A stretch of DNA of 64,000 nucleotides from the human T2T-CHM13v2.0 reference genome, Homo sapiens: NCBI RefSeq assembly GCF_009914755.1, contig NC_060932.1; one strand, 5' to 3'. Below the pieces are notes generated by a model. That model saw only the letters and a program-made list of their open reading frames with translations. It did not search any database and was not told where the DNA came from. Positions within the stretch are counted from its first letter, which is position 1; every line of letters begins with the position of its first letter. This document shows positions 35,580-62,479 of the stretch, one piece after another. The position numbers and the translations under genes are program-made.

Positions 35580-37452
35580 ATGGCGGGGCTGGAGCTCTTG
35601 TCGGACCAGGGCTACCGGGTGGACGGGCGGCGCGCCGGGGAGCTGCGCAAGATCCAGGCGCGGATGGGCGTGTTCGCGCAGGCTGACGGCTCGGCCTACA
35701 TTGAGCAGGGCAACACCAAGGCACTGGCTGTGGTCTACGGCCCGCACGAGGCGAGTGGGCGCGCGGGATGGGGAATCGTGTGGCCGTGGGAGCTGCGGGG
35801 CAGCCGGGCTGAGCGCTGGCTCGGGGACTTGAGGGGCAACGGCCGGCGCGCCTCAGTCTACACAGCCGATGCTCAGCACCGCATCTCACTCGGAGTAAAC
35901 GCAAGTCCTTAGTGTGCTGCGCGGTGGTCCTGCCTTTCTCATCGGCCTCTGTCCCTGCGCCCTCCTTCCTCTTTGCGGCTCTTCAACGTGCTAGGCACTC
36001 CCCCACTCGCTCCCTCTCCTTTCAGCTCTACTCCGACGTCACTCCTTCCCAGACGACCTTATTATCCACGCGGTACTTCTCGCCCTACAATAAACCCTTT
36101 GTTTTGTGCACCTACAATCTCAAATGCCTATTTTGCTTAAGCATTTTCCCCTTTGTTTCCTCGCTGGAACATAAGCTTCCTAAAGAAAGGAACTTTACAT
36201 AAAACTATCTGGTTTCATTACTGTGCTTCCAGCGCTGTAACTGCCTGGCCAGCGAAGGTATTGAAAGAGTGTTTGCTTAGCGCATGAGTGTGGGAGCTCT
36301 GCTTTCCAGGCGGAGGGAACCAGAAGGGCGAAGACCACGGTGGTGAAAACAAGCAAGGCACTTATGCAGAGCAGAAAGACTGCTGGTGGGGAAAGAGGGG
36401 ATAACTCCAAATCAGGTTGAGGGTTCCCGGGGAGGTGAGGACTTAGGGTTTTGTAGAGTAGGGAAATGATTTGGGATCTTATTTCATATGTAATGTGAAA
36501 CCTTTGTAAGGTAGTTAGGATTTGAGTGTGTAGGTGAGACAGAAGCAGCGTTGATGTTTGTAAACTTGGGTTGGCAGGGAATGGGGCAAGGATGGACACA
36601 AGGAAGCCAATTAAAAGGTGCCAGAGGGCGACACATGCAAGACAGAGAGCGCAAAACAGGGGGCTTTGTTTTGGAGGTAACGCAGTTGCCCCTTGCTGAG
36701 GCATTGAAAGTGGAGGGAGAGGCAGACCCACAGAGGACAGTGGAGTGTGAGCTGGAAGGAGTGGGCCTGGCTCATGTGTCTGTCCTCTTCCAGATCCGGG
36801 GCTCCCGGGCTCGAGCCCTGCCGGACAGGGCCCTAGTGAACTGTCAATATAGTTCAGCGACCTTCAGCACAGGTGAGCGCAAGCGACGGCCACATGGGGA
36901 CCGTAAGTCCTGTGAGATGGGCCTGCAGCTCCGCCAGACTTTCGAAGCAGCCATCCTCACACAGCTGCACCCACGCTCCCAGATTGATATCTATGTGCAG
37001 GTGAGCCAGCTGCAGCCGTCAATCCAGGGAGGGAAGGGTGTGATGGGGTTGGGGAGGGAGTCTGATAGACTGACACCCTGGGTTCCCTGCAGGTGCTACA
37101 GGCAGATGGTGGGACCTATGCAGCTTGTGTGAATGCAGCCACGCTGGCAGTGCTGGATGCCGGGATACCCATGAGAGACTTTGTGTGTGCGTGCTCAGCT
37201 GGCTTCGTGGACGGCACAGCCCTGGCGGACCTCAGCCATGTGGAGGAAGCAGCTGGTGGCCCCCAGCTGGCCCTGGCCCTGCTGCCAGCCTCAGGACAGA
37301 TTGCGCTGCTTGAGATGGATGCCCGGCTGCACGAGGACCACCTGGAGCGGGTGTTGGAGGCTGCTGCCCAGGCTGCCCGAGATGTGCACACCCTCTTAGA
37401 TCGAGTGGTCCGGCAGCATGTGCGTGAGGCCTCTATCTTGCTGGGGGACTGA
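35580..37452 (+). CDS. EXOSC4: Exosome component RRP41, 245 aa; exons 35580-35750, 36794-37000, 37093-37452
   Basis: MAGLELLSDQGYRVDGRRAGELR, RNase PH motif QADGGTYAACVNAA; exons sum to 738 nt; intron 1 has donor GAG|GCGAGT; AATAAA 37475-37480. Confidence 0.98.
36725..36793 (+). ncRNA. MIR6847: 5'-tailed mirtron hairpin at the 3' end of EXOSC4 intron 1
   Basis: ACAGAGGACAGUGGAGUGUGAGC pairs with GGCUCAUGUGUCUGUCCUCU; hairpin ends at the acceptor CAG. Confidence 0.82.
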
Positions 37453-37954
37453 CCACCCAGCCACCCATGTCCAGAATAAAACCCTCCTCTGCCCACACAC
37501 CCCTCACTGTACGTTATCACCTAACAGCACTTCAGAGCCATGTGAAGGCTGGCAGAGCCTGGTCTGGTGCTGGCTCCTGGGGATGATTAGGGACCCTCGC
37601 CCACACATGAACGGCCTATCTCTGTGTAGCCTGATTCAAACCCTGAAGAGAACAGTGGATTAGGGGGTTTCTGTAGGGGAGGCCCTGGGTGGAAAAAGCA
37701 GCATGTCCCAGTAAGGACTCAAGGCAGCTGAGCAGGAGGCAGGGCCTGGCAAGATGAGCCAGGCCATTAGACTGAGGAATCTGTTACCCTTATTCCAGCA
37801 CATCGGGGGCCCTGAGCAAAGGGCTGAGGAAGAACTCAGCTGGCTCTGGGTACCCACCCTAGGGATGTGGGGGCCATGTCCCACAACCTCTGGACTATGG
37901 TTTGGAGCCCCCTGGGCTTTTCCTGCTGCTTACCTTGGGCTCTGAAAGTACAAC

Positions 37955-38810
<856 letters not shown>

Positions 38811-39099
38811 CACCCTCTTGAGCAAACTCCCCCTTCATTCACCTCTGGCCCACCGAGCCCCGACTACCAGTCCCTGCAGTCTGGACCCTGGGACTGCTTC
38901 TCCCCTAATATTCCACGGATCTCCTGGCCCGGACAGTGACAGTATGATCCCCCACTTTATAATGCACACACCCCAGCTCCAGTGAAGCCCGTTTTGGCCA
39001 GTAGTGCCATCAGCATCTTCTCTGCAGTCATCTGACTCTGAAAACCTCGGTGCTGGGCTCACGCTGTGACTCCACTGGGACGTCCTGAGTCATTGGCAG

Positions 39100-42976
<3,877 letters not shown>

Positions 42977-44617
42977 GATCTGCCTGTCCGGGCTGGGACA
43001 GAGACTCCCCAAGGACCCCATTCTGCCTCCTTCTGGGGAAATAAATGAGTGTCTGTTTCAGCAGCTATTTGAGCTCCTGGCCCGCTGTCCGTGTAGGGCC
43101 CCAGGGCATGGGGGTGAGAAGCCTCTGTCTGCAGGGCTTGGCATTCCTCACACCTCCTCCCTGGCAAGGGCTGCTGTAGTCCACTTACTGGGTAGCATTC
43201 CTGCCGACCAGGGCTCTGCTGCTGCATCAGGTGCACTCTCAGCCCTGGCGGGTGCCATGCAGGCTCAGAGGGCTGTGTGCATTGCTCTGTGGTACTGTGC
43301 CAGGAGCGGTGCTGGGAAGGAGAATACACCATAGCCATGGTTTGAGGGCCTGCCAGGAGCTGAGGCACCCAGAAACCACCTAACACCATCTTTACTGCTA
43401 GGACTGAGGCTGGAGCTGGAGCCCTGCAGAGGAGGCCCAGGGTGCATGGCATGGGGCCCAGGCAAGGCCATCGCCTTGGTGTGGGATTGGGATGGAGCAG
43501 GGAGGAGCACCCGGCCTGGCTTCCTCAGAGTTGAGTCAGCCCAGGTGAGATGCCCACGAGGGGCTGGGCAGGCAACACAGTGGAGCCAGGACCCAGGGGC
43601 AGGCGGGGCACGGGGACAAGAGCCCCACGGGAGAGGGCACTGACAGGCCAGCAAGGAGAGAAGCAGGCTGTTATACTAGGACTCTGAAAGGAACTGGGAA
43701 GACCACTGTCTGTTCCAAAAGAAAGGAAAAACCTGTGGCCTTTAGGTGATGCCAGGGCCATGTCAGGGACCTTGGTGCTGCGGCTAGAGAGCCCTCTGGT
43801 CACAGGAAGGCAAAGGTGCCGCAGCCACACAAAACCATGCACAGGCCTCAGGAATCAGAGCCGTGCTGCCTGGAGAAGCCACAGCATCTTAGAATCAACT
43901 GAGGGCCAGGGTCCTTTCAGTACAGTGTCCCCAAATGGCCTGTTGTCTGGGAGGTTCCAAGGAGGGTGCCCTCCCTGTGCCCTACTCTGTAGGCCACTGC
44001 CTCTTCACTGGGTTATGTCTTCCTGCGGGAGGCTCCCCTTGACATGAGACCCCTGGTGTTGGGGGTTAGTCTATTGATGGGGCTCCACAGTTGGGGGATG
44101 GGTGGAGGGCTCCCAGGGTGAGCACCTAGGCGACTTCCAGAGTTTCTGCAGAGGAAACACATGTCTGCTGGGTGGGCTTACGTTCTCTGTGTCCAGCATT
44201 ATTCGAGGCTTAGTGGGGATGAGGGGGTATCAGGAACCCCACTGTGACTGGTAGCCTCATAATTAACTTGCCTGTCTTCAGCCCCCTTGTCCCAGAGGTT
44301 GGAGTCTCTAGTCACTTTCTCCAGTGAATACTTCCTCTGAGGTTGGGTGGACGCCTGCAGTCCCCACCCTAGCCTGGCTGGTTTCCCCTGCCTCTCAGTA
44401 CCCCTAGGAACACCTCCTAGGTGGGCATCACGTGCCTCCCATGCTAAATCAGCAAGGGAGACTCATCTGTCAGTCTCCTATTTTCCAAGAAGAAATCTCT
44501 GTTGTGGTCTCCTGTTCTCTTTGTAAGATGACATCTGATACAAAATCATCCTCCAGGCATTTTAGCTGGGCTTTGACCTCAACTGTTTTGTTTTTGAGAT
44601 GGAGTCTTACACTGTAG

Positions 44618-44740
<123 letters not shown>

Positions 44741-45251
44741 TAATTGTGTATTTTTAGTAGAGACGGGGTTTTACTATGTTGTCCAGGCTGGTCTCAAACT
44801 CCTGACCTCAGATGATCTACCCACCTACGTCTCCCAAAGTACTGGGATTACAGGCATGAGAGCCACCACACATGGCAGCCTCAATTGTTTTTTAACAGGA
44901 CTTTGGCAGTCACTTAAAGCACAAATCATGAAAATACATACGTCGGGGGAAAAGCTAAAGGATACCTTGCTTGTGTTCTGAGTAGTTTGTGCAGAATTCT
45001 CCCTGCCTATACAAGTGTTAAAAGGGAACCATGGGAATGGCAAGGTTGCTTTGTTAGGGAGGTAGGATTTCTGTTCTGATTTTCAGTAATGACATGGGCT
45101 GAGGCTCCACGTTTCCCCCTCCCTGAATATTTTTTTTTTTTTTTTTTTTTGGACAGAGTCTCACTGTCGCCCAGGCTGGGTGCTATGGCGAGATCTTGGC
45201 TCACTGCAGCCTCCATCTCCCGAGTTCAAGTGATTCTCTGGGCTCAGCCTC

Positions 45252-45852
45252 TGTTATATGTAAAATGTTTATTTAGAAGCAGAATGTTCCCTGGTACCAT
45301 AAGGAAAGATCAGCATTCAGACAAAAAGTTCTCAGCAAGTCAATTTTACTTTCTGCAGAAAGGGTGCTCCTTGCAGATGGAATGATGGCGAGAGCATACC
45401 TGAATAAAGGAGGGAAGCATTTTTATCTCTTAATGCAGCTTGTCCCTGCTACTGTGTCCTGTCTGCATTGGCTGGAACCAGACCTGAACCCGATGGGCTA
45501 ACAGCTTAAACCCTTTTTTAAATAGGTAAAAGCAATGGAGAACAGAAGAAAAGAGGAAGTTGCTTACTAAAGGACTTAGAAAAGTAATAATATTCCCAAA
45601 TAAGGAAGGGGCATAGGCTGCAAGCTGGGACATGCCTGTAAGCACGTCCAGCACAAATATTTTGGTTAAAGTACAAGGACATAGAATGTCCTTATTCCTT
45701 TATATCTAACAGCTCCATAGGATAGGGCTTAACAAAGAGTTATTAGCACGAAGCAAGGAGGCTTGAAGGAAGTTAGTCTTTAAAAGAAACACTTATAATT
45801 TATTTTTTAACAAGAAGGGAAACTTTGAAGAGGAAACTTTTTACTTTCTACA
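45252..45852 (-). mobile_element. LTR10C-like ERV1 solo LTR inserted into an Alu
   Basis: Reverse complement of the 49894-50771 element; TG...CA termini; degenerate TSD gcctc/acctc. Confidence 0.8.
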
Positions 45853-45993
45853 ACCTCCCGAGTAGCTGGGATACAGGCATGCGTCACCACGCCCCACTAA
45901 TTATTTTATATTTTTACAAATATTTTGGCTTCTTCCAATGTCCACGTTCTTACCAACACTTGCTAGTGTCCATCTTTTTTTTTTTTTTTTTGA

Positions 45994-46152
<159 letters not shown>

Positions 46153-46405
46153 TAGTAGAGATGGGGTTTCTCCATGTTGGTCAGGCTGGTCTCAAACTCC
46201 CGACCTCAGGTGATCCACCTGCCTCAGCTTCCCAAAGTGCTGGGATTACAGGTGTGAGCCACCACACCCAGACCTGCTAGTATCCATCTTGTAGATTACA
46301 GCCATCCTAGTGGGTGTGAAGTGGCATTGCATTTTCATTTTGATTTGCATTTACCTAATGATTAATGAAACTAAAGCATCTTTTCATGTTATTATTGGCA
46401 ATTGG

Positions 46406-46533
<128 letters not shown>

Positions 46534-46555
46534 CTTCTTTTTTTTTTTTTTTTGA

Positions 46556-46660
<105 letters not shown>

Positions 46661-46984
46661 TGAGTAGCTGGGATTACAGGTGCGCGACACCACGCCCAGC
46701 TAATTTTTGTATTTTTAGTAGAGATGGGGTTTCACATGTTGGCCAGGCTAGTCTTGAACTCCTGACCTAGTGAGCCACCCACCTCAGCCTCCCAAAGTGC
46801 TGGGATTACAGGCGTGAGCCACCGCTCCTGGCCTGCCTGTTTTATTCTGAGAATTTTCTGGCTTTAGGTCTTAAACTTAGATCTTTGATTATTTTTCAGT
46901 TCTCGTAAATGGTGTATAAATGATGTGAGGTAAAGGAGCCAACTTCATTCATTCATTGACATTTGTTTTGCAAATCGTTGGCTT

Positions 46985-47018
<34 letters not shown>

Positions 47019-47052
47019 TTGAGACGGAGTTTTGCTCTTGCCCAGGCTGTAG

Positions 47053-47163
<111 letters not shown>

Positions 47164-48028
47164 TAATATTGTATTTTTAGTAGAGATGGGCTTTCTCCAT
47201 GTTGGTCAGTCTGGTCTCGAACTCCGGACCTCAGGTGATCCCCCCACCTCGACCTCCCAAAGTGCTGGGATTACAGGCATGAGCCACCGTGCCTGGCTGT
47301 TTTGTTTGTTTTGAGATAGGGTCTCAACTCTGTTGCCTAGGCTGGATCGCAGTGGCATGATCACAGCTCATTGCAGCTTTGACCTCCCCAGGCTCAGGTG
47401 ATGCTCCCACCTCACCCGCCTGAGTAGCTGGGACCACAGACGTGCATCACTCTTGGCTTTTTTAAGACAGGGTTTCGCCATATTGCCCAGGCTGGTCTCC
47501 TGGGCACAAGCAATCTACCTGCCTTGGCTTCCCAAAGTGCTGGGATCACAGGCATCAGCCAGCATGCCCAGCCCTGTTTGCATTTGAATATCCAATTGTC
47601 ACAGAACCATTTGCTGGAGAGAGTCTTCTTTCTCCATTGGTCTCAGTACCCTTGTAAAAAAAAATCAAATGACCATAGATGTATAGTCATAGACTTTATT
47701 TGTGGACTCTCAATTCTATTCCATTGATCTATATGCCTATCCTTTTATCAGTACTAAAACCTACTATAAACCTACAGTAATCAAGTTTTGAAATTGGGTG
47801 ATATAAGTCTTCCAGCTGTTTCACCATGTTAGCCAGACTGTTCTCGAACTCCTGACCTCAGGTGATCCGCCTGCCCTGGCCTCCTGATGTGCTGGGATTA
47901 CTGGCGTTAGCCACTTCACCCAGCAAGCCTCCATGGTTTGAGAGGAGAAATCTTTTGTTAATTTTGTTGAGAATTCTTTTTTCTTTCTTTCTCTTTGTAT
48001 TTATTATTACTTTTTTTTTTTTTTCTGA

Positions 48029-48328
<300 letters not shown>

Positions 48329-49726
48329 TGATGAGTCACTTCTCTCTTGCTGCTTTCAAGATTCTTTGTCTTTCAACAATTTGTTATGTGTCTCCTTTAG
48401 TTTATTCTACTTAGTGTTTGTTTAACAAAAAAACTAGATGTGCAGATTCATGTTTTTCATGAAACATGGCATGTTTTTGGCCTTTTTTTTTTTTTTTTTG
48501 AGACAGAGTTTCACTCTTGTTGCCCAGGCTGGAGTGCAATGGTGCAATCTTGGCTCGCTGCAACCTCCACCTCCAGGTTCAAGCAATTCTCCTGCCTCAG
48601 CCTCCCAAGTATCTGGGATTACAGGTATGCACCACCATGCCTGGCTAATTTTGTATTTTTAGTAGAGACAGGGTTTCTCCATGTTGGTCAGGCTGGTTTC
48701 GAACTCTCGACCTCAGGTGATCTGCCCACTTCGGCCTCCCAAAGTGCTGGGATTACAGGCATGCGCCATGACACCTGGCTAATTTTGTATTTTTAGTAGA
48801 GTCGAGGTTTCTTCATGTTGGTCAGACTGGTTTTGAACTCTCAACCTCAGGTGATCTGCCTGCCTCGGCCTCCCAAAGTGCTGGGATTACAGGTGTGAGC
48901 TACTATGCCCAGCCTTGGCCATTTTTTTTTTTTAAGTATTCTTACTCCTTTCTCTGTCTAGTCTACTCCTGGGACTGAAATTATGCATATGTTGGTATGC
49001 TTAATAGTGTCCCACAGGTCTCTGAGGCCCAGTTCATATTTCTTTCTTTTTTTAAATTTCTCTTCCTCAGACTTCCCTTTGTATAGAGCCTCAAGGTCAG
49101 CCAGAGGTGAGAGTTTAGGGCTTTTTCAGGTCTCTCCTGAGTATATATCCATAGTCCTCCGTGTGTATATGACCTGTATTCCCAAAAATGTTTTGGGCTT
49201 TTCAAAGCGCCTGTGGACATCTCATTCCCTTGCTCTTCCTTTTTAGCTTTTTGTTTAGTCTATTGTTTGTGGCAACTGTTATCCATCACCTCAGGCAGCT
49301 GGCACTGGGCAAGCCCTGAGCCAATGTGGTAGGAGTCTTCTAGGCAGCCATCAGACACGTTCAATAACGGAGGTTCTGTGCGAATGAGGGCATTTTGCTC
49401 CCACAGTAACTAGGAATGTAGGTTCTTATTTCCAAGATTACCACTGAGCTGGAGGGCAGGGTTGAACCAGGGAAAGCTACAACCCACAAAGGCCACTGTT
49501 CTTACTGATAGTCACCTGTTTAATTGAATAACACCCCCTGGGATGACGACAGCCTTTGATTAATTTCCATAGCTTTGTAAAAGTTGATTCTGATCATTTT
49601 TGCTATGTTTTTCTTGCTCTTATTGGGTGAGGGGTGGGCACATTTTTTAGGGGTCTTTCTCCATTTTCACTGACAACTAATTTTGGATTTTTATTTTATT
49701 TTTTATTTTATTTTTTCTTGAGATAG

Positions 49727-49879
<153 letters not shown>

Positions 49880-49893
49880 TAGTAGAGATGGTG

Positions 49894-50771
49894 TGTAGAA
49901 AGTAAAAAGTTTCCTCTTCAAAGTTTCCCTTCTTGTTAAAGAATAAATCGTAAGTGTTAGAAATAATAGTTTCTTTTACAGACTAACTTCCTTCAAGCCT
50001 CCTTGTTTTGTGCTAATAATTCTTTTCTTTTCTTTTTTTATTATACTTTAAGTTCTAGGGTACATGTGCATAATGTGCAGGTTTGTTACAGATGTATACA
50101 TGTGCCATGGTGTGCTGCACCCATTAACTCGTCATTTACATTAGGTATATCTCCTAATGCTATCCCTCCCCTCTCCCCCACCCCACAACAGGCCCCGGTG
50201 TGTGATGTTCCCCTTCCCGTGTCCAAGTGTTCTCATTGTTCAATTCCCACCTATGAGTGAGAACATGTGGTGTTTGGTTTTGCTAATAATTCTTTAAGCT
50301 CTATCTTATGTAGCTGTTAAACATGCTCACAGGCAGGTAGTACATTCTATGTCCTTGTACCTTAACCAAAATATTTGTGCTGGACGTGCTCACAGGCACG
50401 TTCCAGCTCACAGCCTGTGCCCCTTCCCTATTTGGCATAAGCAACTTCCTCTTTTCCTCTGTTCTCCCTTGCCTTTATCTATTTAGAAAAGTTTTAAATT
50501 ATTAGCCAGTCGACTTTTAGTTTAGATTGTGCCATCTGGCTCTAGCCAATGGAGACAGGACACAGTAGCAGGGACAAGCTGTGTAAGGGATAAAAATAGC
50601 TTCTCTCCTTTATTCAGGTGTGCTCTCACCATTTTTCCATCTGTGAGGAGCACCCTCTCTGCAGAAAGTAAAATTGACTTGCTGAGAGAACTTTTTGTCG
50701 GAATGCTGATCTTTCCTTATGGTACCAGGGAACAAGCGTTCTGTTTCTAAATAAACATTTTACATATAACA
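49894..50771 (+). mobile_element. LTR10C-like ERV1 solo LTR inserted into an Alu, itself containing an L1PA 3' fragment
   Basis: tgtagaaagtaaaaagtttcctcttcaaag ... aataaacattttacatataaca; the Alu resumes at 50772. Confidence 0.8.
50026..50280 (-). mobile_element. 5'-truncated L1PA 3'UTR insertion
   Basis: ttatactttaagttctagggtacatgtgc...gagaacatgtggtgtttggtt; 15-bp TSD tgctaataattcttt at 50011-50025 and 50281-50295. Confidence 0.9.
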
Positions 50772-50879
50772 CAGGGTTTCTCCATGTTGGTCAGGCTGGT
50801 CTCAAACTCACGACCTCAAGTGATCTGGGGCCTCCCAAAGTGCTGGGATTACAGGCGTGAGCCACCGCACCCAGCCTAG

Positions 50880-51131
<252 letters not shown>

Positions 51132-51379
51132 TGATCTGCCCGCCCCACCCTCCCAAAGTGCTGGGATTACAGCGTGAGCCACCGCGCCCGGCCTTTGCTT
51201 ACTTTTTAAATATTTTAAAATAAAAATATTCTCACATAACAAGATCATATTTACTTACTTTTTTGAGACGAGGTCTCGCTCGATATCGCCCAGGCTGGAG
51301 TGCAGTGGCGATCTCGGCTCACCGCAGTCTCCACCTCCGGGGCTCAAGCGATCCTCCCGCCTCAGCTTCCCAAAGCGCT

Positions 51380-54299
<2,920 letters not shown>

Positions 54300-55441
54300 T
54301 AATTTTCTCAATGTACATATTTGAGTTATTATATGGAAGGAGTGCAGGTTTGCAAGGAACTCTGATACCAAGACCCTTGCCTTCACAAGGCTCCCAGGAT
54401 GTCCCATGCAGTGTGGCCAGCAATGCCCTGCACTGACTGGTAGCTGGGAGTCCAGACAGTGGGTGTGGGACAGAAAGCGGAGAACTGCATGTTAGAGGAA
54501 GTCAGCATTTGGTGGGGTGGGGTGTGTCTGAGCACAGAGCTGAAAAGGGCCTAGCCAGGCAGGATGTGGCCCAGGGACCTGTTGGAATGAACAGCCAAGT
54601 GTTAAGGTGTTGAACCACTTGGCCCCCATTCTGATGGCAGCAGGGAACCTTGGCTGCATTTTAACAGGGGAAAGGCCTGGTCTAGGGCAGGGGCTATTTA
54701 TTGCTGGGCTGGGCTGAGGAAGGGGATGGCTCCCAGCCAGGTGAAGGAGTCAAGTAGACAGACAGGATGTGTGTCATGGAGTGGCCCCTCCTAGCAGTCC
54801 ACAGGGTAGCTAGGTGGTGGGTCCTGGCCAGAAGCTGGCAGTAGCTGGGTTCCCACAGGAGCATGCTGCTGAGGGAGGGAGACAGTGGATGCTATCTAGG
54901 AGGGTCACAGAGACATGACCCAGCACCGGCCCAGTGACCTGGTGCAGGACTCAGCTCCTGAGCTTCCCTCGTCCCTAGGAAGGGAAGGAAAACACCCATT
55001 TTCATTGCTGGTGTCCTAGCTGCAGGAGCTGAGGGGAGTGGTGGCCATAGTCCAAGGAAGGCAAGAGCTGAATGGGAGAAAGGTGGTACCAATAGGCCTG
55101 CAGGCAAGAGAGGTGCAGGCCTGGGGGACCAGGGTGGACAGTAGGAGACAAGGTCAGTGGTGGGGGCTGCAGCTCAGTATGTGGCACACCCCAGCAGCCT
55201 CAGCCCAGTGGTGAGCAGCTGGGTGGGGGGCTCTGTAGGCCTCTGGGGTCTGGGAAGAGATCCCCATGCCATGCTTTCCTGACCACTGAGGCTCAGGGTC
55301 CGGGCCCATTCTTCAGTAACACCGGGGTCTGGCTGGGGAGCCCCGCCTGCTGATGAGGGCCTGTCTCCCTGTATCGCTGGCTAGGATGGGGCAGGTCTGC
55401 AGAGACACCATGAAAGGGATGCTTGCTGGCTCTTAAGGGTC

Positions 55442-55447
55442 TTTAAT
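55442..55447 (-). terminator. SHARPIN: Poly(A) signal ATTAAA of SHARPIN in the non-coding last exon
   Basis: tttaat on + strand, downstream of 3'UTR intron 55579-55655. Confidence 0.7.
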
Positions 55448-55667
55448 GGTTTCATTTTGTGGCCCTTCCCCCCAACCCTGGTGACTGTCCCAGCAAGCAG
55501 TCAGTAGAGGTCCCCGGAGTTCAGTGGGGGCCTGGAGATGTCGGACTTGTGAGGGAAGGGCCACTCTCCCCTTGTAACCTGTGGGGGAGGAGCTGGGTCA
55601 TTCCTGTGGATTCTGCCCTGCCCCCCACCTCCCCTGCCTGTGCCACCTCTGGTACCTCTGGTGGCTG

Positions 55668-60547
<4,880 letters not shown>

Positions 60548-62479
60548 CTCCGGTCCGGCCGGGTCCCACCCCTCCGAGCGCGCTTCCGTGGGATCGGGCC
60601 GCTGAGCCCCCTCCGCCGGTCGGAAACACGGGCCGCGAACCTGGGGTTCCGGGCGCGCCCAGAGCGTCGGGCCTGGGACGGCGCCGAGTGGTGCACTCTG
60701 GCCAAGCCTGCCCCGCTGGCTTTGCCCACAAATGGACACGGCCCGAGGGTCTCCGGACACCGGCTGGGCGAGGCTGGCGGCGTGTACGAGGCTGGGGCAG
60801 GGCGGCCGAGGCGCTCACGTTAGAGCTGGTCTTTGGGGGCGAAGGGTCAGGGGGCGAAGCACCGGCCACAACTGAAGGCGGACGCGGCCTCTTCGCCCCA
60901 GGGGCTCGGCGGACGTAGATGCATCCAGCGTGCGACTATCCCAGCGCCTAACGGCAGCTGGACTTCGCTCCCGGGACCTCCAATGGGCTACCACCTTCGC
61001 CCGCAGACCCCAGCCCCCGCCACGCCCACACGTCGCACTAGGTTGGCCCGCGCCTCACTGGTTACGGGGTCGACCCCCCTAGGGGGCGGAGCTAGAGAGG
61101 CCACGGCCAATGAACGCCGGGGGTAAGCGGGTTAGTACGACGAGAAGAGTGACAGACAGGCTCCATAACCAGTAGACGTAGAAGGCAGAACTGAGTGGCG
61201 GGTACGGCACCCGATGGCTATTCGAGCTCTCGATCTCGGAGACTGGAGCGGGCCATTCAGAGGCGCGGGGCCGGGCCCGGCGGACGCTTGTTGTTGTCCG
61301 GCCGGGGGAGGCGGAGGTCGCTCGCTCGCTCGCTCGGCTCGCTGACTCGCCGGAGCGCTCTGTGGCGGTCGGCGGCAGGTCGGTCGCGAGAGCGGGCTCT
61401 GTGGAAGGGGGCGAGGCTATGTCGCGGTGGCAGCCCGGATGGGCCGGCAGGGCCGGGAGTAACGGGACGTCGCCGCGGAGCTTCTTCCCCCGGATACAGT
61501 GCGGCCCGAGCGGAGGCCGCGGCGCCGCCCTCCGATCTTGAAGAGCCCGCGCTGCGCGGAGCCCGCCCCCGCCTGCGCACCGGCACCGACGCGGAGCGAC
61601 CAGCCCAGCCAGACCCGGCCCGGCGCGGCCTGATCTAACCCAGCCAGGCAGGTGGGTGTCCGCCCTGCGTCCCGCGCCGTCTGCGTACCCGGAACCACAG
61701 CCCCCAGCAGGCCTCGCGCGGCGCGCTGCCTCCTGGGATTTGTAGTTCCACCGCGGCTTGGCTGGTGCCCGACGTGGCCCAGGCGGGCGCTGCCTGGTGA
61801 CTGCAGCGCCCCAGCGGGGCCGAGGGACCGCCCTCCTAGGCGTCTGGAGAAACTAGGCAATTTTTCCGGGTAGAGTGGAGGAACCTGTAGTTTTCCTCTC
61901 CCCGGGCCAGAAAGTAGCCAAAACGAAAGAGCGCCCGCCCAGGTGACCGCAGGGCCCGGAGTCCCAGGTGTCCTGGTTCCTAACCGGGATGCAGCCTCTT
62001 ACCTTGGCTGAGGAGCCCAGCCAGCCTGAGGGAGACTGCAGGAGTCACGTCCCGTTGCGGACTCAAGAGTTACCCCCATGGTGGCTGGAGCTCTTCTTTT
62101 GGAGTGGGCGTGGAGATGGGGAATGGGAATGTTGAGCAACAATCTCAGCCAGCAGCCCCAGGGTGAGCAGGGTCCCCGGTGGTCTAGTCTAGTCCCAGAA
62201 CTCGCGTGTTCTGCAGGGGGTATGGCTGACCTGGAGCCTGGACTTACCACCCTCAGGTAAAACAGGATCTCTGTCACCTCTCCTGGCCGGGCAGAGAGGG
62301 GAGCTCCTGATGTGCAGCCTGGACAGAGGCCAGACTCAGCTTGTTCCTAGCGGCTCCACTTAGTGGGTAGGAGGGCTGAAGGCAGGGCCCCAAGGGGCCA
62401 GATAGATACCCATGGTCTGGTCTCTCACTCCCCAGGCAATACTAGCCCCTCTGGAGCACGGAGCTCCTTCCCCAAAGAC

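Noticed and set aside
54697-54702. Minus-strand AATAAA between CYC1 and SHARPIN suggesting a hidden gene
   Set aside because: No convincing ORF or exons upstream; at most a distal SHARPIN poly(A) site
62217-62256. Possible 40-nt cassette exon with ATG in MAF1 intron 1
   Set aside because: Only AG/GT motifs support it, and it would stop (TAG) just inside exon 2; evidence is insufficient
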